Assembly: GCA_046292385.1 (NCBI GenBank)
Contig: JBKBRF010000001.1
Coordinates: forward strand, 5,996 to 31,204
DNA from: Armatimonadota bacterium
GTDB taxonomy: Bacteria; Armatimonadota; SYMT01
Reading direction: 5' to 3'
Length of the DNA: 25,209 bases
Part shown: in pieces, positions 17,574-25,195 of the stretch
Position numbering within the stretch: the first letter of the stretch is position 1
Layout of the letters: each line of letters opens with the position of its first letter
Position numbers and translations under genes: made by a program
The notes under the pieces: generated by a model
Told to the model about the DNA's origin: nothing
Database searches by the model: none
The model's input: the letters and a program-made list of their open reading frames with translations, nothing else

Positions 17574-18131
17574 CTACCGGAACAGCCGGTCGAGTTCGAT
17601 CTTCAGGCCGGGAAAGAGTGGGGTGGTAAGGACCTCGCCGCGCGCTAAGATCCCCGTCTCCGCGTAGGCGCCGTCCCGAAGCTCCAGCGTGGCGACCGTC
17701 TTTCGGGACGGATCCAGGATCCAGTAGTGGGGGATCCCCGCGCGGGCATATTCCTCCCGCTTCACTACCAGGTCGCGCGCCGCATCCTCATCCGAGATGA
17801 CTTCTACCACCAGCGTCGGTACCCCCGTGACACGGTTCGCGTCAAGATCCACCCGCTTTGCCGCATCCTCTCCAGAGAAGTAGGCAAAGTCCGGGCGGCG
17901 CCCGGAGTAGGGGACCGTCGGGATGTCGAGCTCCACGGCCCAGAAACCGCGCGGGTCGTACTGCTCCAGGTAGGGATCCAGCAGCGAGAAGATCTTTCCG
18001 CCGGTCCAGCCATGCCGCGGCTTCGGGGACACGAGCTCCTCCAGTTTTCCGTTCACGAGCTCGTATCGGCCCTCGAGGTCGAGTGCAGTGAACTCCTCAA
18101 ACGTCATCAAGCGCGTTGCTGCTTCGGCCAT
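17574..18131 (-). CDS. Uma2/DUF820 family PD-(D/E)xK endonuclease-like protein
   Basis: MTFEEF...RYELVNGKL...PKPRHG...RRPDFAY...PTLVVEVIS...KREEYARAGIPHYWILDP...LFPGL. Confidence 0.92.
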   Translation of the reverse strand: MAEAATRLMTFEEFTALDLEGRYELVNGKLEELVSPKPRHGWTGGKIFSLLDPYLEQYDPRGFWAVELDIPTVPYSGRRPDFAYFSGEDAAKRVDLDANRVTGVPTLVVEVISDEDAARDLVVKREEYARAGIPHYWILDPSRKTVATLELRDGAYAETGILARGEVLTTPLFPGLKIELDRLFR

Positions 18132-18198
18132 CGCTCTACCTATTCCGGCGCCCGATCCCCAACAGTCCGGACTGAGGACGCTGCCTATCGGTCCCGAA

Positions 18199-18341
18199 TT
18201 TGGAGTGCGGTAGCTTGCTACCGCTTTCGCCGACGATTACGTCTCCAGCCCGCCGGCGTCTGCGAAAGCTTGCTTTCGCCCCTATACGGTTCGCATGGAA
18301 GGGAGGCTCCTCAAAGCGGAAGCAAGCTTCCGCACTCCAAA
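18199..18341. repeat. REP-like composite palindrome (TGGAGTGCGG...CCGCACTCCA type)
   Basis: 29-bp inverted arms at 18199-18227 and 18313-18341 (27/29 match), each internally palindromic. A third core gcgaaagcttgctttcgc lies at 18262-18279. Confidence 0.85.
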
Positions 18342-18391
18342 AACCGTCCCGAAGTGCCGATCCCGTGCTACGGAAACTTCCCTGGCGCAGC

Positions 18392-19189
18392 CTACGACCG
18401 GTACTCCGCCGTCACGCCGTCCAGCTCCTCCGCGGTGAGCAGCCGGAACTTGCGCTCGCGGGAGGTGCGGCGGTCGAGGAAGCCGACTTCCAGCTTGCCT
18501 TCCGCCAGCTCCGCGCGGAGCACGTCGGCGGCGGAGCGGGCGGCACGGGTCTCCTCTTCCTCTGCTTCATCAGTCCGGCCGCGGCCGGCAAAGCCCCGCC
18601 GCTCCGCGTGCAGCCGGCCGGTGCCCCACGCCTCCAGCGCCAGGCGGAGGGCGGAGGTGCGGTCGGTCGCGCCGTCGATCCCGGCGTGCAGCACCTCCAG
18701 CATCCGGTTCTCCGCCTCCAGCGTGCCGCCCGCCACGGAGTAGCGGTTCTCCGACCGGAACTCGCCGTCGAAGCCGAGGGCGTAGAACTGGTCCTCGTCC
18801 TGGCGCGCTCCCATCTCCGCGAAGAGCCCCCGGAAGATGAGAGGAGCCGTGAACGGGTCCGCGAAGGCACGCTTCAGGGCGGGGGAGAGGACGGAGCCAA
18901 CCAGCCGGTGCGCCGTCACGTCGTCCGGGCTGCGCTGGAAGCCCTCCTGGTGCGCGAAGTCGATCGAGGCGTTGCGCATCGTCTCCACGTCGGACGGATG
19001 TCCGATGCCGCTGAAGATCAGGCGGTCGTACACCTCGTAGACCTTCCGCTGCGCGCGGTGGACGCTCAGGAGCAGCACGCCGTCCGGGATACCGAGCCCC
19101 ACCACGGGGCTCCCGTCCCGGAGTCGCTCCTCGATGTACTCGGTCCGCGTCTGGATCGACTGGTTCCAATCGTAGGGGGTCAGGGACAT
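18392..19189 (-). CDS. prcA: 20S proteasome alpha subunit
   Basis: GSPVVGL...DGVLL...RKVYEVYDRLIFSGIG...FYALGFDGEF...LEVGFLDR...RKFRLL aligns by eye to actinobacterial PrcA; operon position after prcB. Confidence 0.9.
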   Translation of the reverse strand: MSLTPYDWNQSIQTRTEYIEERLRDGSPVVGLGIPDGVLLLSVHRAQRKVYEVYDRLIFSGIGHPSDVETMRNASIDFAHQEGFQRSPDDVTAHRLVGSVLSPALKRAFADPFTAPLIFRGLFAEMGARQDEDQFYALGFDGEFRSENRYSVAGGTLEAENRMLEVLHAGIDGATDRTSALRLALEAWGTGRLHAERRGFAGRGRTDEAEEEETRAARSAADVLRAELAEGKLEVGFLDRRTSRERKFRLLTAEELDGVTAEYRS

Positions 19190-19196
19190 TTTCTTT

Positions 19197-19290
19197 AGGG
19201 GTCAGGGGCCAAGTGTCAGGGGCCAGCGTTCCGAACCCTGACACCAGCGGTAGTCAACCTGCAACTTGCAACCTGCCAACCTGCTAACCG
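19197..19290. repeat. Heptamer-array element between prcB and prcA
   Basis: aggggtc aggggcc aagtgtc aggggcc, core gttccgaaccc...gtc, then caacctg caacttg caacctg ccaacctg ctaacc. Confidence 0.8.
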
Positions 19291-19294
19291 AGCA

Positions 19295-20122
19295 TTACGC
19301 GATAGGTCGGGCCAGGCCGGCGTCTTCGCGCGGGTGGATGCGCGCCACGATCTCCCGCATCTGCTCCGCGGTCACGTCGAAGATACCGTCCTGGCTCACG
19401 CCGCGGGCGACCGGCAGCACCTTGGCGAAGCCGCCGGTGGCGGCGTCGAGATCGGCGGCGATGTCGAGGAGCACCAGGCATTCCTGCAGCGCTTCCTCCA
19501 GCGACATCTCCCGGAACGGCTTGCGAGTGCGGACGATGTAGTCGAACGCGCCGCGGATCCGCTCGCTGCCGGAGCCGGCGGCGCCGAAGTCGGTCGTCTC
19601 GAAGCGGGCGCCCATGCCGTCGTAGAAGAAGATGCGACCCTCGTTGGTGCGGCGGTCGTAGGCGCTCACGATCGGGATGAAGGCGCCGATCCCCTGGAGC
19701 GCCATCGGCAGGTTGTTCGCGATGGCGCGGGAGACTTCGCTCACCTTCCCGTCCAGGCTCATCTCCTGCAGCTCGCGCCGCTCGTAGTACTTGAAGGCGT
19801 GCTTCAGGTAGCGCACGATCTCCAGGGCGCGTGCGAACGAGCCGGAGATGGCGATGAGCGTGCTGTCGTCCAGCGCCAGGACCTTCTCCGCGCGGTCGAA
19901 CATCACCCCCATGCCGGCGGTGGCGCGCCGGTCGCCGACGTTCAGCACGCCGTCGCGGTACTTCACCGCGATCACGGTGGTGCCGTGGGTGTCGAGCTCG
20001 CGCGCCGGCTCCGCGCCCCGGACGCCGCCGGGATGCGAGAAAGGCGCGTCCGCGACGCGCCCACCCTGGGACGGGAGCCCGTAGGCGAGCTCCCAGAAGC
20101 TGCCGGGTTGTGACTGGATCAT
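19295..20122 (-). CDS. prcB: 20S proteasome beta subunit (47-aa propeptide)
   Basis: HG|TTVIAVKY processing site; Thr1, Asp17 (GDRRAT) and Lys33 present at exact spacing; AAGSGS and DAATGG motifs. Confidence 0.93.
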   Translation of the reverse strand: MIQSQPGSFWELAYGLPSQGGRVADAPFSHPGGVRGAEPARELDTHGTTVIAVKYRDGVLNVGDRRATAGMGVMFDRAEKVLALDDSTLIAISGSFARALEIVRYLKHAFKYYERRELQEMSLDGKVSEVSRAIANNLPMALQGIGAFIPIVSAYDRRTNEGRIFFYDGMGARFETTDFGAAGSGSERIRGAFDYIVRTRKPFREMSLEEALQECLVLLDIAADLDAATGGFAKVLPVARGVSQDGIFDVTAEQMREIVARIHPREDAGLARPIA

Positions 20123-20174
20123 CGTGGTGTGTCAAACCCTCCGTAAACGGTAGGTCCTGCTCCGCTCTGGTTCC

Positions 20175-20259
20175 AAGTTAGCAGGTTGCAGGTTGCAGGT
20201 TCCGAACCCCGCCTGCCGGGGCGTCCAACCTGTAACCTGCCAACTTGCCGACCTGCAAC
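20175..20259. repeat. Inverted CAGGTTG/CAACCTG heptamer-array element between ubact and prcB
   Basis: aagttag caggttg caggttg caggtt - ccgaaccccgcctgccggggcgtc - caacctg taacctg ccaacttg ccgacctg caac. Confidence 0.85.
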
Positions 20260-20285
20260 AACGCTTTCCCGACCAATGACGATAG

Positions 20286-20477
20286 CTATTCGCCGCTGCG
20301 CTGGCGGTAGCGCTTGGCCTGCTCCGGGTCGACGCGCCGCATCCGCTTGAGCAGGTCGCTCGGGTCGGGACGCTTTACGTCCGGCGGCTTGGGGCCGCTG
20401 TCATCCGCCGGCTTGGTAAACGGCTCGGCGGGACCGCCGGGCCGCTGGATTCGCTCTTCACCCTTGATCGGGAACAT
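20286..20477 (-). CDS. ubact: Ubiquitin-like protein modifier UBact (Pup functional analogue)
   Basis: 63 aa, Pro-rich and probably disordered, with C-terminus LLKRMRRVDPEQAKRYRQRSGE (R[S/T]G[E/Q] signature); GAGGAG RBS; located between dop and prcB. Confidence 0.88.
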   Translation of the reverse strand: MFPIKGEERIQRPGGPAEPFTKPADDSGPKPPDVKRPDPSDLLKRMRRVDPEQAKRYRQRSGE

Positions 20478-22023
20478 CGCTCTCTCCTCGCGGCGCCCCA
20501 GAGGCGGGTGCCGCGTCTGACGTTGTTTTAACGGCGGCGGGAGCCGGAAGCAAATCGCCTGCCTCTGCCGGCAGCCCGGCGCCCGGTTCTACGGGAAGCC
20601 GCACGCGCCGGCTCTCGCCCCCGTGCCGAAGCTCCACCTGCCCCCAGCTGATGCGAGTGATATCCCGCGAGTAGCGCCGTACCAGTTCTCCCCGGAGCCC
20701 GCCGCGGGTAGTCCGCGGCCCCTCTGCCAGCGCCCGGCAGATATCGTCCTCTTCCGTCAGGCGGACCATCTGCCCGCCTTCTTCCAGCGCGTAGTAGAGC
20801 CCTTCCGCCGGGTCGACGTTGTGGTACTCCAGGTCGAGGCTCCGGATCACGTCGCTCTCCCACCAGAGACCCTCCGCCTCGATGTAGGTCTCCAGCAGAC
20901 GCCGCTTGGCGACCCAATCGAGCCGGTCTTCCAGCCGGTAGACGTCGGTCTCCAGGTCGTCCAGCACGCGCTCCCACTCCCGCAGCGTCCAGTCCGCGTC
21001 GGCGCTGGAGCCGGCGAGCAGCTTCCGCGCGTCCTGCAGGTAGATCCGCTGGAGATCAGTGGCGCGCATGGTGCGGCCGTCCTCCAGCTCCAGCACCCAC
21101 CGCATGGAGGGATCGCGGGAGACGATCTTGATCGCGTCGACCGGGTTCCGCAGCCGGAAGAGCGGCTCCCAACCCGCTTCCACCAGGGAGAGGACCAGGC
21201 TTGTCGTTCCCGCCTTCAGGGCGGTGGCAAACTCGGAGAGGTTGGCGTCCCCGCAGATCACGTGCAGCCGGCGATAGCGGCGCGAGTCGGCGTGGGCCTC
21301 GTCGCGGGTATTGAAGATCGGCCGCTTCGCCAGGGTGTCGACGCTGGCGATCTCCGTGAAGAAGTCGGCGCGCTGGGAGAGCTGGAACTGGCAGCTCTCG
21401 CGCAGCGGCCCGGCGGTCTCCACGCCGGTTTTGCCCGCCCCCACGTAGAGCAAGCGGGTCACCAGGAACGGCAGCATCCCGTAGAGCAGGCGCTCGAACG
21501 GCACGGCGCGGTCGCAGAGGTACGCCTCGTGCGTGCCGTAGCTCATGCCGTGGAAGTCGGTGTTGTTCTTGTAGAGGCGGACTTCTCGCCCGGTCTCCCT
21601 CGCGCGCAGCCGGGCGCACTCCAGTACCACCCGCTCCCCGGCGCGGTCGTGCGCCACCAGCTCCCGCAGCGTCCGGCACTCCGGCGTGGCGTACTCGGGG
21701 TGGCCGTGGTCGTTGTAGAGCCGGGCGCCGTTGGCGAGGGCGCGGTCGGAGCGCTGCTGCTCGCCCGTCAGGTGGCTGGCGGAGCCCTGGCGATCGAGCT
21801 GAGCGTCCTGCGTGTCATAGTTGAGGTGGTCGACCTGAAACCCGCGCATGTCGCAGCGAGGGTCCTCCGCGCGGTAGTCCCACGGTCCGGCCCAGGCACG
21901 CGGGTAGGCGCGCACCAGCAGGCGCGACTCGTCCATCAGGTCGCCCGCGCCCCGGCCTTCCACCCAGATCCCGTATTCGGTCTCGATCCCGAACAGCCGC
22001 TCGCCGGCTTCCGAGCGTCGCAT
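20458..22023 (-). CDS. dop: Depupylase/deamidase Dop family
   Basis: RLFGIETEYG; Dop loop WDYRAEDPRCDMRGF; LANGARLYNDHGHPEYATPEC; LYKNNTD..G.SYGTHE; RPIFNTRDEAHAD; YRRLHVICGDANLSE; GGAGG RBS. Confidence 0.9.
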   Translation of the reverse strand: MRRSEAGERLFGIETEYGIWVEGRGAGDLMDESRLLVRAYPRAWAGPWDYRAEDPRCDMRGFQVDHLNYDTQDAQLDRQGSASHLTGEQQRSDRALANGARLYNDHGHPEYATPECRTLRELVAHDRAGERVVLECARLRARETGREVRLYKNNTDFHGMSYGTHEAYLCDRAVPFERLLYGMLPFLVTRLLYVGAGKTGVETAGPLRESCQFQLSQRADFFTEIASVDTLAKRPIFNTRDEAHADSRRYRRLHVICGDANLSEFATALKAGTTSLVLSLVEAGWEPLFRLRNPVDAIKIVSRDPSMRWVLELEDGRTMRATDLQRIYLQDARKLLAGSSADADWTLREWERVLDDLETDVYRLEDRLDWVAKRRLLETYIEAEGLWWESDVIRSLDLEYHNVDPAEGLYYALEEGGQMVRLTEEDDICRALAEGPRTTRGGLRGELVRRYSRDITRISWGQVELRHGGESRRVRLPVEPGAGLPAEAGDLLPAPAAVKTTSDAAPASGAPRGESDVPDQG

Positions 22024-22051
22024 CCGTCCTCCGTCCTGTGGGCAGTTTCCT

Positions 22052-22126
22052 GGTTAGCAGGTTGCAGGTTGACACCCGGGAGGCGGGGGTTCAAAACCTG
22101 TAACCTGTAACCTGCTAACCTGCAAC
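22052..22126. repeat. Inverted CAGGTTG/TAACCTG heptamer-array element between the sirC-like gene and dop
   Basis: ggttag caggttg caggttg - acacccgggaggcgggggttcaa - aacctg taacctg taacctg ctaacctg caac. The core resembles the reverse complement of the 20175-20259 core. Confidence 0.85.
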
Positions 22127-22783
22127 GCCTTCCCGGATCAGGCGCAGCTCTTCGGCGATAATCCGCTCCGCCAGCTCGCGGGCGGCCTCCGCGCGCCCCT
22201 CGCGGAGGAGCAGGAGCGCCTCGCTGTAGACGATCCGCTCGAAGATCCGCTGCCGCTCCGGCTGGGTGAGTCCTTCCAGCTCCTTCACCCGCGGACGCAG
22301 CTCCGCCAGCAGCTCCGCCAGCTCCCCGTACTCCGGCCCCAGCCAGCCCTCCAGCTCCCGCCGCACCCGCCGCGCAAACGCCGGGGCGGTGCCGTGCGTG
22401 AAGATCGAGACGGTGAGGGGCCCCCGCTCCACCTTGGAGGCGAAGATGTAGCTGCAGTGGGGCGGATCGTCGCACACGTTGACGAGCTGTCCCCGCGCGC
22501 TCGCCTCTTCGTAGACGGCGGCGTTCGTCTCCGGCTCGTTCGTCGCCACCGCCACCAGGAACGCGCCTTCGGCGTCGCCCTCCGCGTACCGCCGCTCGCG
22601 CAGCGTGATCCGTCCCTGCGCCGCCAGTTCCCGCAGCGGCGGGCTCACCTCCGGGCTGATCACGGTCACCACCGCGCCGCAGGCGAGCAGCTCCGGCACG
22701 CGGGCGGTCGCCACGCTGCCGGCGCCGACCACCACCACGGGCCGGCCTTCCAGGTTGAGACAGATCGGTAGATAGCGGGTCAT
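22115..22783 (-). CDS. Precorrin-2 dehydrogenase/sirohydrochlorin ferrochelatase (SirC/Met8p/CysG N-terminal type)
   Basis: YLPICLNLEGRPVVVVGAGSVA (Rossmann motif), VTVISPE, LVNVCDDPPHCSY, GPLTVSIFTHGTAPAFARRVR. There is no methyltransferase domain. Confidence 0.9.
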   Translation of the reverse strand: MTRYLPICLNLEGRPVVVVGAGSVATARVPELLACGAVVTVISPEVSPPLRELAAQGRITLRERRYAEGDAEGAFLVAVATNEPETNAAVYEEASARGQLVNVCDDPPHCSYIFASKVERGPLTVSIFTHGTAPAFARRVRRELEGWLGPEYGELAELLAELRPRVKELEGLTQPERQRIFERIVYSEALLLLREGRAEAARELAERIIAEELRLIREGVAG

Positions 22784-22977
22784 TTGCCTCAGTCTATCGC
22801 CCGCAGTGCGTCGCCGCTTCAGGGGATGAGCCGATCGTGCAGCCCGTGCGCCTGCTTTTCACGCGGCCTCACCCCCGTCGTTCTTTCTCGCGAACGGCAG
22901 AGCCGCTGAGCCAACGCGCGCCAGATCCTGTCGACGCCCGGAGGAGCAGCCGGAGGCTGTGCCGGAGGGTGTCCCTT

Positions 22978-23167
22978 GTGACCGCCCCTGGGCGTCAGGG
23001 GCGGTCGCTCGACGGCGGACGATTCAGCCCGTGAACACAGCCTGAGTGGAGATCACGAGAGTGGCGCGGGAAGAGCTCGCCGGGATGCACCCCCGGAGCG
23101 GCCTGCTAGCCCGCAGGGCGTGAAAAGGCCGCGGAGGGCCCTCGGCGCGGGAAGGCTGAATCGTCCG
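22978..23167. other. Hairpin-rich noncoding segment (candidate structured RNA or REP doublet)
   Basis: Hairpin at 22978-23008 (13-bp stem); perfect 14-bp inverted repeat at 23016-23029/23154-23167; direct repeat ggcgcgggaag at 23063 and 23144. Confidence 0.45.
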
Positions 23168-23220
23168 ACTAGGGCGCGGGGTCGGTTCCCCGATCTGGAC
23201 GCTGACCTCCGACAAGCAGC

Positions 23221-23236
23221 ACAAAAACCGTGCCAG
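23221..23236 (-). promoter_or_regulatory. Possible sigma54-type -24/-12 promoter facing the sirC-dop-ubact operon
   Basis: The minus strand reads CTGGCACG-GTTT-TTGT. The -24 box is perfect, but the -12 has GT instead of the conserved GC. Confidence 0.25.
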
Positions 23237-23452
23237 CGCACTTCCCACCAGACCGTTTGACCTTCAAGGGCCTGCCTGCCGACTTAGAACCCGTGCGTCC
23301 ATCGAGATTGGGTTCTCCGGCCAAGCACTGGCCGGTCCCACAAACCGGGCGCCGCTATACTGCTAAATTGGCAAGCAATGGGGGGCTTCTCGAGCCTTCG
23401 GGAGCTCCTCCGGCGCCGCCGCGGCGCCGGGCGAACGATAGATCGGCTGATC

Positions 23453-25195
23453 ATGCATCCCCGCTACCTCTTCTGGATTCCCCTGCTGCTGGGGACGCTG
23501 GCCCTCGGCGCCTCGGCTAAGACCGAGACGCCGACGCTGGAGATCTCACCGGACAAGGTGACACTGCAGCTCGGCGAGGGCCGGCAGTTCAAAGCGAAGG
23601 TGAAGGGCCGCGACGTCACCGTCAAGTGGGAAGTGGCGGCGGGATCCGTCGGCGCCGTCACGCAGGCGGGGTATTACCAGGCGCCGTCCGAGGGAGAGAC
23701 TCCGGCGACGATCCGGGTGCTGGCGAGCACCACGGAGGAGCCGGCGCTGAAGGCGGATGCGCTCGTCTTCCTGCAGCCGGTGGCGCTGGAGTTGAAGCCG
23801 GGAAAGGTGCAGCTCTCCACGGCCGAGACGTACCAGTTCCAGGCGAAGGTGACCGGCACCGGCGACCAGCGCGTGCGCTGGAGCGTGGACGGGGGCGACG
23901 ACAACGGCCGCATCTCGGCCAGCGGGCTCTACGCGGCGCCGCCGCGGTTCCTCACCCCCGGCACGGCGACAATCCGCGCCACCTCGCTCGCCGATCCGTC
24001 GAAGAGCGCCACCGCCACGGTGGAGATCGGCGCGATCAGCATCGAGGTAACGCCGAAGGAAGCGCAGATCCAGCACGGAGAGACGCGGCGCTTTATGGCG
24101 AAGGTGCAGGGCACCTCCAACACCTCGGTCGAGTGGAAGGTGCTGGGAAAGGACCAGGGGGAGGTCTCCGACTCCGGTCTCTACTCCACTCCCGCGACGA
24201 TGACGACGCCGTCGGTCGTGACGATCGTGGCGACCAGCGTGGCGGACCCGACCAAATCGGCTTCCGTGCAGGTGAAAGTGGCGGCGATCCAGGTAGGAGA
24301 GGCCAAGGTCGGAAAGAAGAAAAAGAAGGGGAACGGGGGCGTGATCGGCGTCTCCACGAAGCTGCTGCGGGCCGCCGCCAGCCGCGTCAGCCGGATCTAC
24401 CTGCCGTTCAACCCGCTCGACTTCGTCGTGAAGGGGCCGGTCTTCCGCGGGAAGTCGGGCAAGCTCTACGTGCCGCTCGGCGGCGGGGTGCCGCTCGACG
24501 TGAACGTGAGCAACAGCACCAATGATCGGCTGGTGTGGGAGCTGGAGGGGCTGAAGCTCGGCGAGCTCTCCGCGGACGGCTTCTACCAGGCGCCGGAGAA
24601 GCTCACCACTCCGCAAGTGGTCCAGGTGCGGGCGACCTCCGTCGCCGACCCCTCCAAGTCGGTCCTCTATACCCTCCACATTCCGCACGTGGTGGTGGAG
24701 GCGAAGGTTGCGAAGCTCCCCTGCCAGCTCGGCGGCGCCGTCCAGCTGGCGGCGACGGTGGAGAATACCGAGAACGACCGCGTGCTCTGGAGCGTGGAGG
24801 GCGGCGATGCCTTCGGCTCGATCTCCGAGACCGGCCTCTACCACCCGCCGGCCCGGATCTCCACCCCCGCCGTGGTGCGGGTGCGCGCCGCCAGCGCCGC
24901 CGATCCGACCAAGTTCACGCTGCTGCAGGTCGACATTCAGGAAGCGAAGGTGGAGCTCTCCCCGGGCAGCGCGGAGCTGAAGCCGGGTCAGAGCGTGCGG
25001 CTCAAGACGAAGGTGAAGGGCTGTGTCGGCAACCCGGAGGTCGTCTGGAAGCTCACGCCGGAGGTCGGCTCCATCACCCCGGACGGCGTCTACGTCGCCC
25101 CCGAAGCGGGCGGCGCGCAGGTGGTGCAGGTCACCGCCTCGCTCAAGTGCGACCCCACCAAGACGGCCGCCGCGGCGATCCGGGTGAAGCCCTGA
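23453..25195 (+). CDS. Secreted protein with six Ig-like (Big_2-type) repeats
   Basis: Signal peptide MHPRYLFWIPLLLGTLALGASA; six ~85-aa repeats with V.W...G.I...G.Y.AP; the last five end in (A)TS.(A/C)DP(S/T)K. The ORF track starts at 23378. Confidence 0.88.
   Translation: MHPRYLFWIPLLLGTLALGASAKTETPTLEISPDKVTLQLGEGRQFKAKVKGRDVTVKWEVAAGSVGAVTQAGYYQAPSEGETPATIRVLASTTEEPALKADALVFLQPVALELKPGKVQLSTAETYQFQAKVTGTGDQRVRWSVDGGDDNGRISASGLYAAPPRFLTPGTATIRATSLADPSKSATATVEIGAISIEVTPKEAQIQHGETRRFMAKVQGTSNTSVEWKVLGKDQGEVSDSGLYSTPATMTTPSVVTIVATSVADPTKSASVQVKVAAIQVGEAKVGKKKKKGNGGVIGVSTKLLRAAASRVSRIYLPFNPLDFVVKGPVFRGKSGKLYVPLGGGVPLDVNVSNSTNDRLVWELEGLKLGELSADGFYQAPEKLTTPQVVQVRATSVADPSKSVLYTLHIPHVVVEAKVAKLPCQLGGAVQLAATVENTENDRVLWSVEGGDAFGSISETGLYHPPARISTPAVVRVRAASAADPTKFTLLQVDIQEAKVELSPGSAELKPGQSVRLKTKVKGCVGNPEVVWKLTPEVGSITPDGVYVAPEAGGAQVVQVTASLKCDPTKTAAAAIRVKP

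Noticed and set aside
20286..20477. Calling the modifier Pup
   Set aside because: It lacks the GG[E/Q] end and the acidic DxLLDEID-type helix; RSGE fits UBact.
16108..22110. Long plus-strand ORFs (16108-17667, 17727-18743, 18200-19198, 19334-20113, 20623-22110)
   Set aside because: All are antisense to well-supported pafA, uma2, prcA, prcB and dop genes.
19197..22126. Recurring repeats as a CRISPR array
   Set aside because: The units are 7-8-bp tandem arrays separated by whole genes. There is no 25-45-bp repeat-spacer periodicity and no cas genes.
23050..23160. SAM-I riboswitch (ATCACGAGAG start resembles ATCAAGAG)
   Set aside because: There is no GCAACC or GTGC core, and it lies on the strand facing away from the metabolic gene.
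22837..23520. Small ORFs in the sirC/Ig intergenic region
   Set aside because: No RBS, no motif, composition typical of noncoding frames, and they overlap each other on both strands.
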